NCBI GenBank assembly: GCA_002392285.1
Contig: DGGR01000021.1
Coordinates: forward strand, 1 to 13,711
Reading direction: 5' to 3'
Length of the DNA stretch: 13,711 bases
Source of the DNA: Verrucomicrobia bacterium UBA3869
GTDB taxonomy: Bacteria; Verrucomicrobiota; Verrucomicrobiia; Opitutales; UBA9783
Both the position numbers and the translations under genes were made by a program. Positions 1 to 7,436 of this stretch are shown here, one piece after another; positions within the stretch are counted from its first letter, which is position 1, and the number at the start of each line of letters is the position of its first letter. The notes under the pieces were generated by a model, which saw only the letters and a list, made by a program, of their open reading frames with translations, did no database searches and was not told the origin of the DNA.

Positions 1-112
1 TCTCATGAAATATATGGTACGGATCGATCGACCATATTATGAGTGCTTCTGCTACCCAAGGGAAGATCCACATCAACACTAACCAAAATAGAACGTTTCG
101 ACGCGCATTCAT
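1..112 (-). CDS. Hypothetical protein, 5' fragment only (first 37 codons, probable membrane anchor); continues beyond the left edge
   Basis: Not in the ORF track. The reverse complement of 1..112 reads ATG AAT GCG CGT CGA AAC ... = MNARRNVLFWLVLMWIFPWVAEALIIWSIDPYHIFHE with no stop before the window edge. The ATG lies 2 nt after the ftsQ stop (115-117), matching the tight packing of this operon. A basic N-terminus followed by a W/L/V/I-rich stretch looks like a signal anchor. It is too short to assign a family. Confidence 0.35.
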   Translation of the reverse strand, partial: MNARRNVLFWLVLMWIFPWVAEALIIWSIDPYHIFHE

Positions 113-114
113 AC

Positions 115-924
115 TTACTTAGGTTTTGCAAATGATGAAAATTCAATGGTTGGTGCTGTCAAACTCATATTAACACGGCGGACGGTGCGCCATTGCTCTG
201 GAGCGATAGATTTCAACAACATCTGAGTCTTGTTCAAGGCTTCTTCTGGGCGATCAATCGGAAACACCAAGATCCAATTGCCTGCCATACGCAACTCAAT
301 TGTTTGCCATCGTCGAGCCAAATAAGGATCGAAATGTTTTAAAGAAATGGATTTTACCGACAAGAAAAGCTCGGGCACTTGCTGCAAACAACGGATTGCC
401 TGAACAATACCTGCAAAACCTACGATTCGCTGCTGTTTCAGGATCGTTTTGGGGATATCGACCAACAAAATACATTGTTTAAGCACTTCTGACCCTTGTT
501 GAATGGGCAAGAAAACAGAACCATCTTCCGCAACGCACCCCCAAGCACGTTTTTTCTTTTGAATCACAACCATCCGGGCAAACGGCTTCCGTTCATTAAT
601 ACTAACGCGTAACGTATTCGGAAATTCGCGCACCAACGTAACCGATTCTATCTGGGAATACTGCAAAATCTGCTGTTGCAAATCCGATAAATCAATCGAC
701 AGCAAATTTTGGCCTACGGGCAATTTAACGTGCGTGCAAAACCAGTGCTTATTGATGACGCCGTTCGTAGCATATACTACTTTCTTAAAGGGTTGAACAG
801 CTTTTCGTTGTCCCATCCCAGCAATCACCACGATAAGGCAGCCAATAATGCTTAAAAGTACCCAATAAAATCGTATACGCTTACGCTGGCTGCCATCAAA
901 AGTCATATCGTTATCTGCATTCAT
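115..924 (-). CDS. ftsQ: Cell division protein FtsQ/DivIB-like (bitopic, POTRA domain)
   Basis: 269-aa ORF with a short basic cytoplasmic tail and a single TM segment (FYWVLLSIIGCLIVVIAGMG). This is followed by a POTRA-like segment (IDLSDLQQQILQYSQIESVTLVREFPNTLRVSINERKPFARMV). It lies 4 nt downstream of ddl, as in dcw clusters. Confidence 0.75.
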   Translation of the reverse strand: MNADNDMTFDGSQRKRIRFYWVLLSIIGCLIVVIAGMGQRKAVQPFKKVVYATNGVINKHWFCTHVKLPVGQNLLSIDLSDLQQQILQYSQIESVTLVREFPNTLRVSINERKPFARMVVIQKKKRAWGCVAEDGSVFLPIQQGSEVLKQCILLVDIPKTILKQQRIVGFAGIVQAIRCLQQVPELFLSVKSISLKHFDPYLARRWQTIELRMAGNWILVFPIDRPEEALNKTQMLLKSIAPEQWRTVRRVNMSLTAPTIEFSSFAKPK

Positions 925-928
925 CTTG

Positions 929-1849
929 TTACGCTTTCAATTGAGCGATTGCTGGCTCTACAATGCGCTGAATCAGGGCATCAAACAAAATTCCAACCGC
1001 AGCTGCACTTTGGGGAATTAAACTTTGGTCTGTCACTCCGGGAATCGTATTCATTTCCAAAAACCAAGGCTGATTATTAGCATCTAAAACAAAATCTGCG
1101 CGGCCAAAATCCCGGCAATGTGCCGCCTTAAAAAATTCAACCCCTATGTTTTGGATGATCTGCGTCACTTGATCACTCAAATCTGCAGGGAAATGATACA
1201 CGCACGCACCAGCAGTATATTTATTATGATAATCGTAAAAGCCTTGTTGTGGGCAAATTTCACCAACCACCAACGCTTGTCCTTGTAAAATCCCAACCGT
1301 TATCTCGCGCCCATGAACATACGGTTCTATCATCCATAATCCTTGTCTAACCGATGACCATGCGCTTTGTAATGCATCAAAATTCGGACAAATTTGAACG
1401 CCCAAGCTGCTTCCTTTGTTTTCGGGCTTTAACACAAAGGCGGTTGAGTTTAATGTTTTTTCTAAATCAGTACGCGATAACTTCTGTCCTGGCGTTACCC
1501 CAACCGCGGGTAATACCGGAAGCCCCTTCTGACGCGCCAACTGTTTACTTTGGAGCTTATGCATACAAAGTGAACTGGCTGCCGAATCGCTGCCTACATA
1601 AACGAACCCCTGCTGTTCCAATAAGGCTTGCAATTGGCCATCCTCACCGAAATCTCCATGCATAACCGGAAAAATTACATCGGTGCTTGGATTCAAGCCT
1701 GGGGGCAATTGATTCTCATCCAAACAGATAGCTTGGGTAGGATAATACCGATTCAAAACCTCAATAACCGGTCCCGCTGAATGGATCGAAACTTCTCGCT
1801 CTCCACTTTGCCCTCCATAAAGGACTACTATTTTTTTAAAGCAGCTCAT
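929..1849 (-). CDS. ddl: D-alanine--D-alanine ligase
   Basis: 306-aa ORF with the typical Ddl N-terminus (KIVVLYGGQSGEREVSIHSA) and the HGDFGEDGQLQALLE segment. It also has the ATP-grasp C-terminal part (GRADFVLD...PWFLEMNTIPG). Its start overlaps the murC-murB stop by 14 nt. Confidence 0.93.
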   Translation of the reverse strand: MSCFKKIVVLYGGQSGEREVSIHSAGPVIEVLNRYYPTQAICLDENQLPPGLNPSTDVIFPVMHGDFGEDGQLQALLEQQGFVYVGSDSAASSLCMHKLQSKQLARQKGLPVLPAVGVTPGQKLSRTDLEKTLNSTAFVLKPENKGSSLGVQICPNFDALQSAWSSVRQGLWMIEPYVHGREITVGILQGQALVVGEICPQQGFYDYHNKYTAGACVYHFPADLSDQVTQIIQNIGVEFFKAAHCRDFGRADFVLDANNQPWFLEMNTIPGVTDQSLIPQSAAAVGILFDALIQRIVEPAIAQLKA

Positions 1850-3938
1850 GCCATTCTTTCCCCAACAACTGTACTTCTGGCTCCAACCACACCTGTTTTT
1901 GATTGTATACCTGCGAGCGAACCATCCGTACTAATTGTACCACATCCATAAAACGCCCTTCCCCTCTATTGACAATAAAATTAGCATGTTTCGGTGATAC
2001 GCATATAGACCCCATCTGCAAACCTTTCAAACCACAAGCATCAATCAATTGACCGGCAGGCGCAAGCATTGGATTTTTAAAAAAACAACCCAGGGTATAC
2101 CCGTTTGGTTGATGCTCCGAACGGCGCTCACGCAACAATAACCGTTGTTGATGAATCCTGTCGGGTGAATCAACAGAACCAGTTAAAATAGCCGATACCG
2201 CAACTCCATTACGCAGGGTTTCGCACGAACGATAAGCATACGTTAATTCCGAATGCTGGGTTGTGTGCAATTGTCCGCTACTATCCACCCAATCGATTTG
2301 CTCAACGCGATCCAAAATCCCAATGCCCTGCGTCCCCGCATTCATGTTTAAAGCCCCGCCGAGGGTACCTGGAATTCCGTCTAAAAATTCAAAGCCACCA
2401 ACGCCTTCCCGTTCCGCTTGTTCCACAAACAAAGGCAAGGAACAACCCGCACCCACGCGATACCGCCGACTACCTTTAGGGGGTGCATCATCGATTAAGG
2501 CACATTGCTTCCAATAAGGTTGGTTTAAAAAAATCACCATGCCGTCATAGCAGCCATCAGGAATTAATACGTTTGCGCCATGTCCTAGGACAAAAAAATC
2601 CAACCCAATCGATTGGCATTGATGCAAGACCCATTGCAGTTCCGACAAATCCTTAGGTTCGCAGGCAAACAGAGTCTCCCCTCCAATATGCATCCGTGAT
2701 GCTTGCTTCAAGGGTATATGCGTACGCACTTCGACCGGTTTAAAGCGCTCAACCACCAAGTGCATCCATTGTTCAACCCAATGGCGCGCATAGGTATCAA
2801 TTTTACCTGCCCCTACAAACGCCAAAGCCGCGGGTTGTTGCACCTCAAGCCAATCAGAAGGGATTAAATCCTGAATGCGACCCGCATGCGGCAAGGCTGC
2901 TTGCAACGAAGCATCGCAATACGTATTCACTTCAAAGGCTTCATAAAGGGGATGTAAATAAAGCCGCGGGCATTGGTTTAATAGCGCTACAAATTCCTTA
3001 AAAAAGCACTGTAAACGCGAACCCCGATGCGGTTCAAACGCAACCGTCCATTGGACCTTATCCGCTGTTAATTTTTGCAGAAGCGCTTTTAATTCATTAG
3101 GATGGTGCGCATAATCCGATAAAACGGTCAGCTTTTGGGTTTTCAACAATACCTCTTGGCGGCGCCTTACGCCCGGAAACATATCTAAATCCAAATGAAC
3201 AACCGATTGTTGGGTTAAGTACTGAAACGCTTGGGACGCGGCAGATACATCCAATTCCAATAAGGTAGAAGCGCTAGGTATTGCCGTTTGCTTCGAGGCT
3301 GGCAGACCAAAGGATTCATTGGAAATTACCTGTTCTTTTGTACGGCTGGCTAACGATGCAAACGCTTGTTTGTAAGCAGCTTCCGTAGGATAATGCCGCG
3401 GATGATCCCAATCGGTGTTTAAAATCACCGCTACATCCGGCGAAAACAAATCGATCGTACCATCGCTTTCATCCAATTCGAATAAAGTAATAGCCCCAGG
3501 GTACTTTCCGCACGCAACGGGATAATAATCCATCTGAAATTCCGCCCCTGCTATATAATTAACTGGCACGCCATGGCGTTGAAATAAATGAATTAAGTAA
3601 GCAGTGGTGGTTGATTTTCCATGGCTCCCACAAACCACACACAAGCGCTGATCTTTGAGCAAATGCGCTATAAATGCTCCACGTTGGTAACAGGTGCAAC
3701 CCTGTTCTGCCGCAACACGCCGCGGGTTTTTTTGATCAATAGCGGAAGAATAAACACACACATCGCAATTTGGAGGAACACTCGCAGTCCATTGAATGAA
3801 CGACAGTTTAGCTTTGCGTTCATCCGAAGCAAAATCGTCCCAACCAAAAACCGTATATCCTTGATCCGATAAATATTGGGCTAGCGGAGCCATTCCCATT
3901 CCACCCGCACCCAACAGATAAATGCACGACCGTTGCAT
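1836..3938 (-). CDS. murC-murB: Bifunctional UDP-N-acetylmuramate--L-alanine ligase / UDP-N-acetylenolpyruvoylglucosamine reductase (MurC-MurB fusion)
   Basis: Uninterrupted 700-aa ORF. The N-terminal ~400 aa carry MurC hallmarks: IYLLGAGGMGMAPLAQYL, P-loop GSHGKSTTTAYL, ELDESDGT...ILNTDWDH. The C-terminal ~290 aa carry MurB hallmarks: VLGHGANVLIPD, FLDGIPGTLGGALNMNAG, LGCFFKNP, VSPKHANFIVNRG. Confidence 0.9.
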   Translation of the reverse strand: MQRSCIYLLGAGGMGMAPLAQYLSDQGYTVFGWDDFASDERKAKLSFIQWTASVPPNCDVCVYSSAIDQKNPRRVAAEQGCTCYQRGAFIAHLLKDQRLCVVCGSHGKSTTTAYLIHLFQRHGVPVNYIAGAEFQMDYYPVACGKYPGAITLFELDESDGTIDLFSPDVAVILNTDWDHPRHYPTEAAYKQAFASLASRTKEQVISNESFGLPASKQTAIPSASTLLELDVSAASQAFQYLTQQSVVHLDLDMFPGVRRRQEVLLKTQKLTVLSDYAHHPNELKALLQKLTADKVQWTVAFEPHRGSRLQCFFKEFVALLNQCPRLYLHPLYEAFEVNTYCDASLQAALPHAGRIQDLIPSDWLEVQQPAALAFVGAGKIDTYARHWVEQWMHLVVERFKPVEVRTHIPLKQASRMHIGGETLFACEPKDLSELQWVLHQCQSIGLDFFVLGHGANVLIPDGCYDGMVIFLNQPYWKQCALIDDAPPKGSRRYRVGAGCSLPLFVEQAEREGVGGFEFLDGIPGTLGGALNMNAGTQGIGILDRVEQIDWVDSSGQLHTTQHSELTYAYRSCETLRNGVAVSAILTGSVDSPDRIHQQRLLLRERRSEHQPNGYTLGCFFKNPMLAPAGQLIDACGLKGLQMGSICVSPKHANFIVNRGEGRFMDVVQLVRMVRSQVYNQKQVWLEPEVQLLGKEWHELL

Positions 3939-3948
3939 ACACCCTTTA

Positions 3949-4962
3949 TTATTTTATCGTATCCAATGTTAAATTTGGATTCAAAGCAAGCTCTGCTGAA
4001 ACTTGAGCACTTGAAAATGCAATCATAGCCGCATTATCCCCACAATAGCATTTAGGTGGGGTTACCAATGGAATACCATAATGCTCAGCCACTTGCTGCA
4101 ATCGATTGCGCAAAACGCTATTGTTTGCAACGCCTCCTGACAAACCTAAGCTTTTATAATCGCCCATCGACAACACCTGTTGTACTTTATGGGACAATGC
4201 ATCCACAACCGCCTCTTGATACGCAGCGCAAATATCCGCTTTATGCTGTTCAACTTCATCGGCGGATAATTTATCCAAAAATACGCGTAAACTGGTTTTT
4301 AAGCCCGAAAAACTAAACCTTAAATCTGACTTATGGGGGAATGCACGCGGAAAACGAACCCATTGTGCATCGCCCGATTGCCCACAGTGTTCGATCAACG
4401 CCCCTCCGGGGTAAGGAAATCCTAGCATCTTAGCCCCCTTATCCAACGCTTCACCGGCCGCATCATCCACCGTTTGCGCTAAGGTATGGAATTGACCCAC
4501 GGATGGCATTTCAAACAACAAGGTATTGCCGCCTGAAACCAACAGCCCTAAATGCGGACAATACGCATTCCAATTAAAATCAGCGTCTGCCTGAAACAGC
4601 TCTAAAAACGGCGATAATGCATGCCCATGCAAATGGTTAACGCCATACAGCGGTACATTCAGCAGCAATTGCAAGGCTTGCGCATAAGCGACCCCAATCC
4701 CTAAGCATCCGACCAAACCAGGGCCATGCGTAACGCATACTGCATCGATGCGCGATAAATCGTAGGAATGGCGCAGCGACTCAATCAGCTGATGAAAGCC
4801 CTTTAAATGCTCACGAATAGCCAACCCTGGGACTACACCCCCATACGGTCCATGCAATGCGGCTTGCGTTAAGGTTCGCTCGTATTCAACACGGTGCTGT
4901 TCGGTATCCCAAATCGCAACAGCAGTTTCATCACACGAGCTTTCTAACGCTAAATAACGCAT
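3949..4962 (-). CDS. tsaD: tRNA N6-adenosine threonylcarbamoyltransferase TsaD (Kae1/Gcp family)
   Basis: 337-aa ORF with N-terminal YLALESSCDETAVAI and the metal-site region GVNHLHGHAL. It also shows LLVSGGNT and GLSGGVANN, an ASKHA fold typical of TsaD. Confidence 0.93.
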   Translation of the reverse strand: MRYLALESSCDETAVAIWDTEQHRVEYERTLTQAALHGPYGGVVPGLAIREHLKGFHQLIESLRHSYDLSRIDAVCVTHGPGLVGCLGIGVAYAQALQLLLNVPLYGVNHLHGHALSPFLELFQADADFNWNAYCPHLGLLVSGGNTLLFEMPSVGQFHTLAQTVDDAAGEALDKGAKMLGFPYPGGALIEHCGQSGDAQWVRFPRAFPHKSDLRFSFSGLKTSLRVFLDKLSADEVEQHKADICAAYQEAVVDALSHKVQQVLSMGDYKSLGLSGGVANNSVLRNRLQQVAEHYGIPLVTPPKCYCGDNAAMIAFSSAQVSAELALNPNLTLDTIK

Positions 4963-5459
4963 TTATTTTGCGCTTCTAAGATCGCATCACACAATTCTCG
5001 AACAGCACCCCGTCCTCCATTATGGTCAGCGATAAAATTACAAATAGCCTTAACTTGCGGAATGGCATCATTGGGGCACGCCGCACAACCTACCGCTTTC
5101 AATACGGGTATATCAATGTACTCATCCCCCATATATGCCACCTCAGAAGGGGTTAAGGATAACTCCTTTATCAATTGATTAAAAACAGGCAATTTTTCCT
5201 TAATCTCAGTAAATACATGAGGGATATTTAAAGCTTTTGCGCGCTGCATAATAATAGGAGAACGTCCGCCGCTGATCAAGGCCACATGATAACCCATAGC
5301 TATCATATGCATGAGGATATAACCATCCTTTGTGTTAAAGACTTTTGTGCATTCTCCATTTTCCCCAAAATAGATTGATCCATCCGTCAACACTCCATCG
5401 ACATCTAAAACAATGCAACGGATTTTGGACAAAACAGCTTTCAAAGGTTCTTGAATCAT
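4950..5459 (-). CDS. kdsC: 3-deoxy-D-manno-octulosonate 8-phosphate phosphatase (HAD superfamily, KdsC)
   Basis: 169-aa ORF with HAD motif I (VLDVDGVLTDG) and the TKDGYIL segment. It also has MGDEYIDIPVLKAVG and the KdsC-typical C-terminus GGRGAVRELCDAILEAQ. It overlaps the tsaD start by 13 nt. Confidence 0.85.
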   Translation of the reverse strand: MIQEPLKAVLSKIRCIVLDVDGVLTDGSIYFGENGECTKVFNTKDGYILMHMIAMGYHVALISGGRSPIIMQRAKALNIPHVFTEIKEKLPVFNQLIKELSLTPSEVAYMGDEYIDIPVLKAVGCAACPNDAIPQVKAICNFIADHNGGRGAVRELCDAILEAQNKCVI

Positions 5460-5478
5460 AAATTACTAACCCACATTT

Positions 5479-5508
5479 TTGTTAGCATTAAAGGCTGGAA
5501 GGTATAAA
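5479..5508 (+). promoter_or_regulatory. Candidate sigma-70-type promoter for the permease gene (TTGTTA-N18-TATAAA)
   Basis: A -35-like TTGTTA (5479-5484) and a -10-like TATAAA (5503-5508) are separated by 18 nt, about 32 nt upstream of the ATG at 5541 in the kdsC/permease divergent region. This is a pattern match only. Confidence 0.25.
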
Positions 5509-5540
5509 AAAGCAACTTGAATTGTTAGGGCATTCTTTTT

Positions 5541-6869
5541 ATGCTAACCGTCATTATGAGCAATCTATTACTGAATCCCATACTCATCGCAATCGGGGTA
5601 CTGTATATTTTATGCTTAAAAAAGTTTAATGTTCTTGTGTCGTTGTTGGTTGCGGCATTGATCGCAGGTTCATGCTCTGGTCTGTCCCTAAAACATACCA
5701 TGGATCTATTTATTCAAGGCATGGGGGATAATGCAGAAACAAGCCTCAGTTATATTTTGCTCGGAGCCTTAGCAGCTGCCATGATTCAAACCGGCTTTTC
5801 ATCCGCATTATCGCAAGTATTAACTCGATGGATCGGTAGTAAAAAATTCCTGCTGTTCATTATTTTAATGTGCTTGTCCATGTCGTCCCAAAATATTTTG
5901 CCCATCCACATCGCATTTATCCCTATGGTGATTCCGCCCCTGCTTCCGCTGATGAATCAATTAAAGATTGATCGGCGCGCAATTGCCTGCATTTTATCAT
6001 TCGGATTGGTAGCTCCGTATATCTCCATACCTGCAGGATTCGGATTAATTTTCCAAAAACTCATTTTGGATAACCTTCGCAAAAACGGCATCGAAACCAC
6101 CTATGGCACTAATTGGCACTGTTTCGCAATCCTAGGAGCCTCCATGGTTATCGGATTACTCATTGCTCTTTTCATTTCTTACAAAAAGCCCCGTACTTAT
6201 GCCCCTAAAGCGTTAAATACGTCTGCAGAAAAAGCCGAAACGCTTACCAAAGGGAAATGTATCGCACTACTCAGCGCGATTGTTGGAACTTTTGCAGTTC
6301 AATTAACAACGCATTCCCTACCCTTAGGAGCTATTTTAGGGCTCGGAATGCTCTTTGTATTCAAAGCTGTATCGCGCAAACATTTAGATAAGATGATCAA
6401 TGACGGCATCATCAGCATGGGATTTATCGCTTTCGTCATGTTGGCAGCTGCTGGATTTGCCAATGTCTTAAAGGAAACCCATAGCGTCGATCGTTTGGTC
6501 AACGACCTACTGCCGTTATTGCCTCACAGCAAAGTTATCAGCGCCGCACTCATTTTAACCATCGGTTTGGTTATTACCTTGGGCATCGGTTCATCCTTCG
6601 GGACCATCCCCATCATCGCTACCATCTTCGTTCCTTTGTGCGTGCAACTTAATTATTCGGTACCAGAAATCGTCATTTTAATTGCTTCTGCAGCTGCTTT
6701 AGGAGATGCGGGTGCTCCTGTATCTGAATCGGCATTGGGACCCACAACCGGTCTTGCCATCGATGGGCAACACGACCACATTTGGGATACCTGCGTTCCT
6801 ACCTTCTTACACTACAACATTCCGTTGTTTGTAAGCGCCTTACTGGCCATCATGTTTGGCTGGGTTTAA
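5541..6869 (+). CDS. Polytopic membrane permease, ion-transporter superfamily (Na+/H+ antiporter-family / YuiF-like; substrate unknown)
   Basis: 442-aa ORF, hydrophobic throughout, with about 11-12 predicted TM segments. The N-terminal region (GLSLKHTMDLFIQGMGDNAETSLSYILLGALAAAMIQTGF) resembles my recollection of YuiF/NhaC-type transporters. The family call is tentative; the coding call is strong. Confidence 0.8.
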   Translation: MLTVIMSNLLLNPILIAIGVLYILCLKKFNVLVSLLVAALIAGSCSGLSLKHTMDLFIQGMGDNAETSLSYILLGALAAAMIQTGFSSALSQVLTRWIGSKKFLLFIILMCLSMSSQNILPIHIAFIPMVIPPLLPLMNQLKIDRRAIACILSFGLVAPYISIPAGFGLIFQKLILDNLRKNGIETTYGTNWHCFAILGASMVIGLLIALFISYKKPRTYAPKALNTSAEKAETLTKGKCIALLSAIVGTFAVQLTTHSLPLGAILGLGMLFVFKAVSRKHLDKMINDGIISMGFIAFVMLAAAGFANVLKETHSVDRLVNDLLPLLPHSKVISAALILTIGLVITLGIGSSFGTIPIIATIFVPLCVQLNYSVPEIVILIASAAALGDAGAPVSESALGPTTGLAIDGQHDHIWDTCVPTFLHYNIPLFVSALLAIMFGWV

Positions 6870-7436
6870 AAACACATCCGGAGCTCCGGTGGTATGCCAA
6901 AGAAAATCCGCTGTTAATAACGGCAAAATGGCGTCAAAAGACAGCTGAACCACCGGTAATTCCTTCGGTAAACACGGATGCGGTAACCACAGCGCTTGTT
7001 TCAATTCCGATTCGGACGGCGTATGCAATTTATCCCTAGAATGCCTTACGCACAAGCGTTCCATTAAATTGATGCGCGCACATACGGGGCGCTGAATGTG
7101 CTGTTGTTCCAAAGCATAACTAACGGCATGCAACGTATCGCAGCTATACACCTGATCGACATTGATTTTCCCTAATGCTAAAGCGGTGCGGATAAAGGAA
7201 CAAAAAGCACGAATTCCCATGGTAGACCCAGGACCATTCAACAAAAAAATCTTGATGCTTTCCCAATGGATACGCGAAGTACACGCCTGTAAGGCTTGAA
7301 ATAAGCAATGGGTAATGGGACTATCCCCCTGTTGAGTATAAAGCCACTTCTGGCTTTGCGCTAATCCGATATAAAAGTCCGAAAATCCTGAGGATAAGAA
7401 CAAGTTTTCAGGAAGCAAATCGATAGAATGCATCAT
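6840..7436 (-). CDS. Divergent TsaB/YeaZ-like protein (t6A biosynthesis partner of TsaD), tentative
   Basis: 198-aa ORF. Its core IKIFLLNGPGSTMGIRAFCSFIRTALALGKI aligns to the TsaB motif (..GPGSFTGxRIGxxxAxGLAxG..). The C-terminal PDVFLNP resembles the TsaB EPxYLR ending, while the N-terminus is poorly conserved. The start overlaps the obg stop (ATGA). The 3' end overlaps the permease 3' end by 30 nt. Confidence 0.55.
   Translation of the reverse strand: MMHSIDLLPENLFLSSGFSDFYIGLAQSQKWLYTQQGDSPITHCLFQALQACTSRIHWESIKIFLLNGPGSTMGIRAFCSFIRTALALGKINVDQVYSCDTLHAVSYALEQQHIQRPVCARINLMERLCVRHSRDKLHTPSESELKQALWLPHPCLPKELPVVQLSFDAILPLLTADFLWHTTGAPDVFLNPAKHDGQ

Noticed and set aside
6104-6128. Tandem TGGCACT TGGCACT followed by TCGCA, which resembles a -24/-12 element.
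   Set aside because: It is inside the permease CDS (encoding YGTNWHC), the GG-to-GC spacing is 9 nt, and the -12 box is TCGC rather than TTGC. It is most likely coincidental codon repetition.
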